DNA of 64,000 nt from Mobula hypostoma (lineage: Eukaryota), in NCBI RefSeq assembly GCF_963921235.1, contig NC_086097.1, forward strand, positions 56,980,001 to 57,044,000. The letters run 5' to 3'. Shown here piece by piece: positions 25,001-37,000 of the stretch. Within the stretch, counting starts at the first letter, position 1; every line of letters begins with the position of its first letter. The translations under genes were made by a program, and so were the position numbers. The notes beneath the pieces were generated by a model. That model saw only the letters and a program-made list of their open reading frames with translations. It searched no databases and had not been told where the DNA came from.

Positions 25001-28000
25001 ATGGGTCTGGAAGATGCTGCATTAGGAACTTTGGTGTGTTATTGTAGTGCATCTTGTAGAAGTACACACTGCTGCAACTGTTTGTCGATGGTGGAGGGAT
25101 TGGATACATGTGGAAGGGGTACCAGTCAAGGGGGCTGCGTTGTATTGGATGCTGTCAAGTTTCTCGAGTGTTGCTGGAGCTGCACTCATCCAGGTGAGTA
25201 TTCCATTACTCTCCTGACCTGAGATGGACAGGCTTTGGGGAGTCGGGAGGTGAGTTACATGCTTCAGGATTCCGAGCCTTTGACCTATTCTGGAAGCTAT
25301 GGTGTTTATATGGCTAGATCAGTTCAATTTCCTGTCAAAGGTAATCCCCAGGATGTTGATAGTAAGGGATTCAGTGACGATTTGCCACTGAATGTTAAGG
25401 GACAGTGATTAGAGCCTCCCTTGTTGGAGATGTTTATTGCCTGGCACTTGCATGGCTCGAATGTTACTTGCCACTTGTCAGCCCAAACCTGGATATTGTC
25501 CAGGTCCTGCTGCATTTGGGTATAAACTACTTCAGTATCTGAGGAGTCACGAATGGTGCAGAACATTGTGCATTCATCTGCGAACATCCCCACTTCTGAC
25601 CTTATGACAGAAGGAAGACCATTGATGAAGCAACTGAAAGATGGTTGGTCCTAGGACTCTTCCCTGAGGAACTCCTGCAGTGATGTCCTGAGGGTGAGAT
25701 GATTGACCTCCAACCGCCAAAACCATCTTCCTTTGTGTCAGGTATGATTCCAACCAGGAGAGGGTTTTCCCCCTAACTCCCATTGACTCCACTTTAGTTA
25801 GGGCACCTTGATGCCATACTCAGTCAAATGTTATTTTGGTCCAAGTTTGGACGAAGGAGGTGATGAGGTCAGGAGCTGAGTAGCCTTGATGGAACCCAAG
25901 CTGGGCATCCATAAGCAGGTTATTTCCGAGTAGGTGTTGATAACCCCTTCCGTTACTTTGCTGATGATTGAGAGTAGGCTGATAGGGTGGGAATTGTCTG
26001 GGTTGGACTTGTCCTGTTTCTTGTGTACAGGCCGTACCTGGGTAATTTTCCACAATGCCGGGTAGATACAGGTGTTATAGCTGTACTGGAACAGCTTGGC
26101 TAGAGATGTGGCAAGTTTTGGAGCACAAGCCTTCAGGACAATTGTGGGATTTTGTCTGGGCCCATAGCCATTTCTTGATATCACGTGGAGTGAATTGGAT
26201 TGGCTGCATACTGACATCAGGGATGCTGGGGACTTCTGGAGGAGGCCGAGCTAGATTATTTACTCGGCACTTCTGAATATTGTTGCAAATGCCTCAAACT
26301 TACCATCTGCACAGGTGTGCTGGGCTCCTCTCATTGGGGATGGGGATACTTGTGGGGCTTCCTCCTCCAGTGAGTTATTTGATTGTCTACCACCACTCAC
26401 GGCTAGATGTGGCAGGACTACAGAGCTTAGATCTGATCAGTTGGTTATGGGACCACTTAGCTCTGTCTGTTACTTTCTGCTTATGATGTTTGGCATGCAG
26501 GTAGTCCTGTATTGTGGTTTCACCAGGGTGGTGTTCTTGGCCTGCCCTCCTGCACTCTTCATTGAAGTAGGGTTGATCCCCTGGCCTGGTGGTATTGTTA
26601 GAGTGGGGGATATGCCACCACGTCTCATAGATGCCCAGTTTTAGGCTGCTAGATCTGTTCGAAGTCTATCCTATTTAGTATAGTGGTAGTGCCTTGCAAC
26701 ACGGTGGAGGGTTTCTTCAATGTGGAGATGGGACTTAGTCTTTACAAATACTGTCTGGTGGTCACTTTTACCAATGCTGTCATGGACAAGTGCTTTCGCG
26801 GCAGGCAGGTTGGTGAGAATGAGGTCAAGTGTATTTTTTCCTCTTGATGGTTTCCTCATCACCTGCTGTAGTCCTAGTCTGGTAGCTATGTCCAGTAGGA
26901 CCTGACCAGCTTGGTCTGTGGTGGTCCAACCGAGCCACTCTCGGTGATGGACATTGAAGCCCCCACCCAGAGTACATTCTGTGCCCTTGCCACCCTCAAT
27001 GCCCCCTCCAGATGCTGCTTAATATGGAGAAGTACCAATTCATCAGCTGAGGGAGGATGGTACCTGGTAATCAGCAGGAGGTTTCCTTGCCCATGTTTAA
27101 CCTGGTGCCGTGAGACTTCATGGGGTCCAGAGTCAATGTTGAGAGTTGCCAGGGCAACTCTCTTTCTACTGTATACCACTGTTCCACCACGTCTGCTAGA
27201 TCTGTCCTGCCAATGAGACCGTACATACCCAGGAATGGTGATGATGGAGTCTGGAATGTTACCTGTAAGGTATGATTCTGTCAGTACAACTATGTCAGGC
27301 TGTTGCTTGACTAGTCTGTGAGACGGCTGTCCCAACTTAGGCACAAGTACTCAGATGTTAGTCAGAAGACTTCACAGGGTCGACAGGGCTGGTTCTGCCG
27401 TTGTCGTTTCTGGTGTCTTAAGTCGATGCTGGGTTATCCATCCAGGTTCATTCCTCATTATTTTCTTTTTAGCGGTTGGATACAACTGAGTGGCTTGCTA
27501 GGCCATTTCACAGGGCATTTAAGAGTCAACCACATTGCTGTGGGTCTGGAGTCACACATAGGCCAGACCAGGTAAGGATGGCATGATTCCTCCCCTGAAG
27601 GATATTAGTGAACCAGATGGGTTCTTACAACAATCGACATGGGTTCATGGTTATCAGATATTTTTATTGACTTCAAATTCACCATCTGCCATGGTGGGAT
27701 TCGAACTAATGTCCCTAGCGTATAATTGGGTCTCTGGATTACTGATCCAGTGGTAATTACCACTGTGCTAAATTTAAGGTTCCTTAAATTTCCAAGATTC
27801 TTTTGCCTCTCAGGATTCTTAAAATTACTGATTAATTCATTCTGATTATTTAACATGCTGTTACTTGAATTATGAGTGTTGCAATAAGTGATGGTTTTTG
27901 CCTTGGTGATTTTCAGTAAACAATGAAAGATTTGTTATTGGATATTTTGCGATTTGTGTGCTTTAAAAACTGGTATTTATAGTTTATCATTCTTGTTGAA

Positions 28001-31000
28001 CAGGGTTCTGTTTAGAAATCCTTCAGTAATACAGTAACTCTAATTATTCAGCTGAGTGTAGTTTCAGATGCTGTTGGTAGGTGCTTCTAGTTGTGCTACT
28101 TGTATTCCTTAAGTTTTTATGTGTACTGTATTGTTCCTATGTCATTTTTGTACAATGTAATATATTAGATAATGTAATTCTGTATTAATCAGCACTTCTC
28201 ATTCCTGGTTGCTAAGGGCAGCGGTTTTTACTGTATGTAATTTTAGTATTTCTTAAAATGTAAACAATGATTCATTATTAAGAAGTTCATGACTTAAATA
28301 TTTTTACAGACCTGAAGATGAAAGGGAGGAAGAATCAAGTGAAGAAGAAGATGATGATAAGCGACGTCTTAATGATGAACTTTTGGGCAAAGTCGTTTAT
28401 GTAGATTGCAATGTGGATAAAAGAAAAGGCTGGTATCCAGCTTTGGTAAGTGAGAGTGCATAATTTATTGGTGTTCTTTTTATCGTTGTAAGCTGCACTG
28501 TTATTTATAATTTTTAAATAGTTACTTTGCATGATTATTATCATCAGCACATTCAGGATTGTTTGACATTTATACCTTGAATTAAAATAATGTGTGTTTA
28601 TATTGTATATCAAGTTTGTAATTAATATGATATGCACTGCAAGGTTCAGAATGTGTTGCTGAAAATTGTACGCTAAAACTAAATTGTAACAATCAAATCC
28701 ATGTTAGTCCTAAGGTGTCAGCAGCTTTTGGAACACTTGTTGAATGCAATGTGCTTCACATCATGAGTGAACTTTGGGCAGGGGCGCCAAGTAGTACCCA
28801 TCCTTTTTCCTACAACCAGCAGTCTTGCTTCCATCTAGGCAGGCCTGAGCTTGATTCTCTTCTTAGATCAGATGTTTGCAGGCTCACTGCTACTGCAAAA
28901 TCCATTCTCTGAAATAATCTGGTCAGGTTGAATTAGAAGTCATACAAACAAATGAATTAAGAGCAGATTAGGGCACTCAGTCCTTTAATATTCCTTGAAC
29001 TTTAAATAAAATCGTGGTTGATGTGATTTTAACCCCAACTCAGCCTTTTTGTCTTCATGTGGTAACATTTCACAGCTTGTTTATCAGATATATATTTGCC
29101 TCTACCTTAACAATATTCAAAGATTCTGTTTCCACTATACAGTAAGACAGAGAGTTCCAAAGAAACTCAGTCCTCAGAGGGGAAAAAAGTCTCACCTGTC
29201 TTAAATGTCTGATCCCTTATTTTGAAACATTCATTCTAGATTTTACCACAAAGCATATCTTCAGATCTACCCAATCAAGATCAGTCTGGTTCCAATCAAG
29301 TTGCCAATCACTCGCCTAAAAGTTCATTGGATACAAAGTTAGTTGTGTTGTCTTTCCTCGTAAGATAACATGCCCATTCCAGATATTTGGCTTATAAACC
29401 TTTACTGGACTACTCCTAGTACTTTTATATCCTTCCTTGATTAAGGAGGGCATTAGGATATGCAGTATTCCAGACAGCCTTAAAAATGGCTTATGTAATT
29501 CAATCATCACCTCACAATTTTTGTATTCAAGTTTACTGGCAATAAACCATAAAATTCTATTAGCTTTATTTTTAGCTGCTTTCTAACCATTTGTAAAACC
29601 TGTACTAGAATCAGGTCTCTCTGAATCTCAGAGCCTCGCAACCTCTCATAATGTTTTACTTCTCCTGCCAAGATAGACAATCTCACATTTACCCTTATTA
29701 TGTCCATTTTGCCAGACCTTTACTCACTTAACCCTCTTTGTAATCCTCTTCACAGCTTACTTTCTTACCTGTCCTTGTGTCATCTGCAAATTTAGCAGCC
29801 CTACCGTCAGTACATTCATCTGTCTTTAATATAAATTATGAGGTCCCACCCCCAATTCCAGAGTCATGCCAGTCATTACATCTTGCTAACCAGAAAAAGT
29901 CATAGTTATATCCACTCTTTTTTAATCATCAACCCTCTATCCGTGCCAATATGTTACCTCCTGCATTATGAGCTTTAATTTTTTGAATGCCCTGCTGTTA
30001 AAAAAAATGACTTCTCACTTCATTCAGAACTCTGTGAAAAAGAGGATTAAAAACTAATTTCCATTGAAGAGAATTTATTTTTAGTTTGAGGCTGATATAC
30101 TTCACATGTAGTTAAGAAAATGTTTCCTTTTCCATTTTCCTCTTTCCATCCATCCTAAATATTTTGCAATTAGTAGTGATTTTATTGAGCTGAATCATCA
30201 CATCAATTAGGAATATGTTGCAGGGCCGGAAGAAAGCCCATTTTCTCAGATCACCATGTTAGATCCTGAATATTTTGCAATAGCGTTTTAACTTCCACCC
30301 ACATTTTCTCACTAATAACATGGGTGATCATTAGAGTATAGAGTACTGCTTTATAAAACTGTGATTACAGTAAATGGCATCCTGTAAGCCACTTATACAT
30401 TTTGTGTCCAAATTTGATGTCAGCCAATCAGCTGTTAAAAAAAGATTCATAAGTTGTCTGTATGTTTTCTGAACAGTGTATGGAAATTGTTTCATATTGG
30501 ACTAAAACTGAAGGATCAGACTGACCGTGGTTTTGTTTCTGGTTGCTTAAGTTTGAGAAAACTTGGGTAACTTCTTAGAATAGTTAACCTTTGACTTGAA
30601 CTTAGACAGAAGAAAATCGAAAAAACAAAATTCCATTTGGATGATGTTCCCATGGAGAACATTTGTATATGAGCAATGATTTTCTTAAAATTATATTTTT
30701 TTTCCCTTAGGTTCTTGGCATTTTGGTTTTGGCTTATTGCAACTATTTTAAATTTCAGAAAAACTTCATTTCATTACAGGTGCTGTCTCCAAGTTGCAGT
30801 GATGAAATCACTGTGAAAAAGGATCAATGTTTAGTACGATCTTTTGCAGACTCCAAATTGTAAGTTTCAATGTGAAACCTGGAAAAACAAAAATATTTTC
30901 TTTAGCATGCAAATATTTGAAGTCTGTAAACGTATAAAATAATTAATGTTGAACTCCCAAAGTACTCTGTACTGGGTTTAGATTATATTCAACATTGATT

Positions 31001-34000
31001 TTTTAAAACTTTTGGATTTCTGATTTTCATTGTAAAGTGAAGATGAACTATTGACTTAATTCCTCTTTGGATATTAAACTTTACAGTAATGATTCCTTGT
31101 CTCAAAGGAGGCTTATGTAATTCACTAGAAACAAATTTAAAACTTCATGCCTTCTTTTTCATGCAAGAAAAAATGTACAAAATATTGCTCATATCTTTTG
31201 ATAGAATATTTAATGGCAACGACAAGGCTATTCATCAGATTTGTTTACTATTAAGAATCTTAAGGCTTACGTGACATTTAATTATTTTTATCCTCATGCA
31301 ATTATTTTCATTTTCATACGTTTTGGAATTATAATTATTGTTGCTCTCATTTGTAAATGGTTACTTAAAAATTTATTTGGCTGTATTCAACCATTTGGTT
31401 ATACACTCACAACTGCTAAAGCCAGAACTAAATCTATGAAGTTATTCCATCGTAAGGTGCTGTTTGGTAGTTAAGGTAGTTAATTTCATATTGGAGTCCA
31501 CTTGAATGAGTAAACTAACTAAATTTAGCTCTGTATTTTAAGGTGTTCCACTCTGGGATGTTCATAGATTGATGGGTATTCTGCGCAAATCATTCAGTTC
31601 ATTGCTAAGCAATACAGTTAGTGGAACACTAAATCTAACGATTCTGGTAGGCTTATTTGAAATGTTGTATTGGTTTGCATGTTGTGCTTATTTTTCCAAG
31701 TCTAAATGTGCATATTAACAGTGAGAAATCACTGACGTTGTTAATAAATGGAGACATTTAGTATAAGTGATTTATTGAAATAGTTTGCTTTGTGGCAGGT
31801 ACTATGACTGCTAAATCTAGCAATATATTCTGCAACAATCCTTTTCTCTTTATATTAAATTAAATTTTGGTATCTTTCTTTTTAAAACGACAGTTATCCT
31901 ATAGCAAGAAAGGATATAAGAGAGCTAGATTGGGACAAAGTTTCAAAACCAGATCTAGTCGTTAAACAAGGTAAGGAAATTGACATGTGTAATGAAGTGA
32001 ATTGCTGTAATTGGAGTTACTTCTTGTGATCAGTAAACTTGAATCCTGCAATTTGAGGGTTATTGCCTTCTTGTCTTATGAAACCTTAATGAAAAGCATT
32101 GTTTTCTAGATTATGGTACTGGTTTGATGCATTGTCTGATTTAGTTGGTATTGTTTTATTTCTTAAGATATAGGGTTGACCAGTCTTAGTTGACAGTAGT
32201 GAATTTAAATTTCTGAAACAAAACTGTCTATAGATATACTATCTTGTAGCTTCATTCAGAAGCAGCAAACAATGATACACCGTTGAGAATAAACGTATGA
32301 TTCTGGAACAGTGAAAATCTTCTGAGAGGGGTAGTGTATGTATAACTTCAATAATGTCTTCAACCTGCGCAATGTTTGTCATAGGCCCTAAGAGCGTAAT
32401 TTCTCTAATGGTGACATTCTGCACTTAGTGGGGGAAAAAATTGTAGAGTCTGCTTTATAATACCATATTGTAAATAAAGGCTGGGTAGCATTCATTCTTT
32501 ATGTTAAGGAAGTTGTTGCTGCACATGAAAAGCATCATAAACAAGTATAGCAAATGTATTATTGGCTTTCCCTATGCTTGTACTCTTTGGAACACCTTTA
32601 GAAGAACGATCTTTTTTGTTATACGTGGTCTTAGTGGGAATTATGAATCTCTGGAAATTATACCAAGTCATTAATTGTGTTCTAGGCTGGGATGGATTGG
32701 ACAATAAAATAGAGTTGAAACCAAGTATCAGGTCAACCATGATCACAATGAATAGCACACCAAGCTTGAAGGACTATGGCTTAGTCTTCCTGTTGTATTG
32801 TTTTTGTGACTTCTCTAATTGTGTTTTCAAAGAGCATCCAGTAATGTTGATCTTAACATGCATACTATTAACTTTGGATTTGTAAAGTCAAAAAACAAGT
32901 AAAACATTTCTAGTGGGATAGAATTGAAAAAGCAGAAAAATGCATGCTATTAAAGCTTAGGTAGATCACGTATGAAATTGTGTATGGCGTTCTGTTCTTT
33001 ACTATAGAAATGATACAGAGACATTGGCAAAGATGCAATGGTGTTTTTACAAGTATTGTATTAGAACAAGAGGGAAGCCAAATATGTTTTTTATTGGTGT
33101 GGCTTCTTGCCATCCTCTTAAGATGTTCACTGATAAATCTGTAAAGAATTCATAATAACCTTTATAGTGATGTGGTCCAAGAAGTAATTGAAATGATCAC
33201 TGAAGATGGGGGAAAGTTTGATTAAAAATTTATGAGAGAGTACAGCTATGCTGATAGATTTGTTAAAGATATTTGAAGAGAGGTTTGTGTGAAGCATAAA
33301 GACTAGTTTGGAGTACTTTACTAAATGACATTCCTCTTTGCCAGTTCCATAGAATGCTTCAGAAAGTAATATTCACAAACATGCATACTTTTTTTTTGGC
33401 CATCATGTTCCAAGGTAAATGCAAAATAATTCACAAGGAGTATCCAGTCTCTTATACAGTAAAGTTATATTGGTCTTGTAATATAGGGAATAATTTCTGT
33501 ACATGGTGAAACTTGCTTTGTGAATGTGGCTCCATGTGTACTGATATTTGTATCAATACCTCACATGGGTGTCTCACTATGCCTTTAGGCCCACATTGTG
33601 TAGAGAGTTAGCTTGAGTATCCCTCTGGCCTAGTTAAGTGCAGGTGGGTGCAGATTGTGGGTGGTAAGCACAAACAGTGGGTTGAATCCAGTTTGTTTTG
33701 GTCTTTTGGATGTTGGACATCTTTTGGGAGGAGGATAAATCTGCTGCAGGTGTCCACTTGATTGGCATTGGTCCATGATCTACTCTAGTCTGTAGAATCA
33801 GATCTCATCAGTGTTATTTCAGAATATTGTTACAAGTGCAGAAGAAGCAGATTTAATCTTGCCTTTCAAAAATTAATTATGTACTTGCATAGGGAAATAA
33901 ATTGCAAAACTGTGTGGAGCAATTGAGACAGTGGAAATAATTCAAAATCCCTTTCAAAGTACGTGCTTGGGTATGATCAGCTGATTGGCTGTGATGTACT

Positions 34001-37000
34001 GTTAAGTTCTGTGATTTTATTTTTAATGATAATCAGCTACTCCAATAAAAATGTTACTTGTAGCACTGGAAGAAGCTCTCAAATTCCATCAGCAACGGAT
34101 TGTTCCTGAGAGCTGGAAAGTAGACATGAGTGTCATCTTAGAATCCTCAAGTAGTGATGAAGAGGAAGAGGAAACAGAGAATGATGAAGACCACGAGGAA
34201 AAGAAACAAGAGGTAGGCCAGTTTTTCAGTTTGGATTATTAAGTGATTTTTCTACCTAAATTCAAGCTCTGAATCTGTCATGTGAAATCAGTTGCTCTTT
34301 AGAATGATATATAAAATGAAGCATCCACAAGTAATTTCTTTCAGTAAAATGGCTTTTCTAGTTGATCCTGAAAATTTTTAAAATAATTTTGTTAACTTTT
34401 TATAATTGAAGTTACCATTTGCTTGATTCTGGGCATAAAGAAGCTATTTTATGAGTTAAGATTGGGATTTCATCCTGGAATTTAGAATGGGTAATGATCA
34501 TAATGACATGTATGAGATCTCAGTGGAGTGAGACTGTGGTTCCCCGAAGAGGCATAGCTGCTAGAGAAGCGTTGCCCTTTAAAACTGAGAGGAGAGGAAG
34601 AAGTCTGTTCTTTCAGTTGTCCGCGGAAATCTGAGATTTTTGCTTAGAGATTTTTAGACCCTGGGTTTGTAGGGGTCAGGCAGAAAAATGGAGCTGAGAT
34701 TAAGAACTAATTAGTTGTGACCTTAAAGACTGGGAAAACGTGCTTGAAGTTTTATAGCCTTCTGTGCTCTCATTTGTTATAATATTTGGCTTGAAGTTTC
34801 ATTATTTTTGGATGTAGCTGTTGTGTCTTTGAATTACAGTAAAATCTGCAGTCAAGTGGGATGAAGAAATAACACAATGGCATTTCATAAATATTCCAAC
34901 AATAAATACCCCAAAACATTGAAAGCTACTTCATTTTAAGCCCTTGGCGGTAAAGTTAGCATTTGTGAAATTAGCAGATCCAAGTGGTCTTAATCCCAGT
35001 GAAGTTCTTAAGTTTAGATTTTCAAATGAATGTACGTGATGATGCGTATTAATTCATATGCACTACATTTTGAAAGTAAAATAAGTTGAAAGCAGAGAAA
35101 ATGGCATCCATTTTCATTCTCAAGTAAACAATATCGAATTGACTTTATTCTTACATCCTTCACATACATAAGGAGTAAAAATCTTTACATCTCCATCTAA
35201 ATGTGCAATGTGCAATCATAGTAATTTATAATAGTTTGTAATAAATAGAACAGTCAATGTAATACAGAGTACACTCAAATCAGCGTGAGTTCATCAGTCT
35301 GATGGCCTGGTGGTAGAAGCTGTCTCAGAGCCTGTTGGTCCTGGCGTTTATGCTGTGGTACCACTTCCCGGCTGGTAGCAGCTGGAATAGTTTGTGGCTG
35401 GCATGACCTGGGTCCCCAATGATCCTATGGACCCTTTCTATACACTTGTACTTGTAAATGTCCTGAATCATGGGAAGTTCACAACTACAGATGCGCTGGG
35501 CTGTCCGTACCACTTTCTGGAGTCCTGCGATTAAGGGAAGTACAGTTCCCATACCTGGCAGTGATGCAGCCAGTCAGGATGCTCTGTAGAAAGTTTTTAG
35601 GATTTGGGGGCCATACCAAACTTCCTCAACCGTTTGAGGTGAAAAGGGTGCTGTTGTGCCTTTTTCACCACACAGCTGGTGTGTACAAACCACGTGAGAT
35701 CCTCGGTGATGTGAATGCCGAGGAACTTGAAGCTGTTTACCCTCTCAACCCCAGATCCATTGATGTCAATATGAGTTAGCCCATCTCCATTCCTCCTGTA
35801 ATCCACAACCAGCTCCTTTGTTTTTGCGACGTTGAGGGAGAGGTTATTTTCTTGACACTACTTGGTCAGAGAGATGACTTCTTGACTGAATTTTGACTAA
35901 ATTACTTTTTTTTGATTATGTGAAACAGAAGCTTTTATATTATCAATGTAACACCAAGCCTCAGGCCAGGGAAAGCCTTGTTCCTTGAATAAAATTATAA
36001 TCAAGACTGCTCTATAGGAGTAAATTTTGTTTGTACACTGCTATGTGTTCAATCTGCAATAGTTGGGTGTCCACTTCCTTTCAGGTTTCCTAAGCAAGTT
36101 TGCTGGAATGTTACTGGAGACATTGCAGCAGTTTCGCAGACAATGTGTGGGTGTTTGCCATGTTATTAAGTAGTCTTTCTATGACTTCAAATTAATGTTC
36201 AGTTCACTTTTGCAGGCCCAAAGAGCAAGACTGAAATTTAAAAAGCAACATTTCTAAACTAATGAAGAAATGCTTGTGGAAAGTTTACGCTATATATGAT
36301 TTTGTACCCTAGATTGCATTTTAACTTTAATGTTGTATAATTTTGAAATAATAAAATGTTTTTGTTCTAATTACCTTTAATATGATTTAGCAATAAAATT
36401 GTCATTTGTTTCTAGTTACCCTCAGACAATGAAATTTTTACTTTTAACATATTTATCTCATCTCAGTATTGCATGTGCCACATTCTAAAAGTGGTTATAC
36501 ACATATGTCATCTGATTTTTGTAATGTGTTTACAATAAACTGGGTAAAGAGAGATAGCCAATGGTCTTTCCTGAAGTAATAAATTGGAATTGTTTATGCA
36601 GTGGTCACTTTAACATGTATAGGGATAACTAAGTAATAGTTCGCCTTGAATTTCGCCAGCACTTCCCTCTGGAGCAGTTGGAGGATCAAATTTCTACTGC
36701 AGTCTTGTTAAATATGGTGCAGTTAAAAATAGGCCAATGTCAACTACATGATTTCTACAAGATAATTCCATTATGTCTTTGGGGAAATACCTGTTAAGTT
36801 GTAGCTACTCAACTATTTTTAGGATCCATTTTATAATTGGCATGCTGATTATAATCCAGTGCAAACTATTTATGATTAGAGTGGAGGACGAGTTTGAATG
36901 CACTTAGAGTATCGTGCATCTCTCGTTGCCATGCTATAGGAAGGATCTGGTTGTGCTGGAGAGAGCACTAGGGTGATGCCTGGTCTGGAGGAGTTTAGTT

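Noticed and set aside
27690..27771. Genuine tRNA gene
   Set aside because: A and B boxes are present, but there is no complete cloverleaf or T-run terminator, and it is contiguous with a retroelement body.
34051..34242. Stand-alone acidic small proteins (also 53357..53584)
   Set aside because: Both are arid4a exons read into flanking intron sequence.
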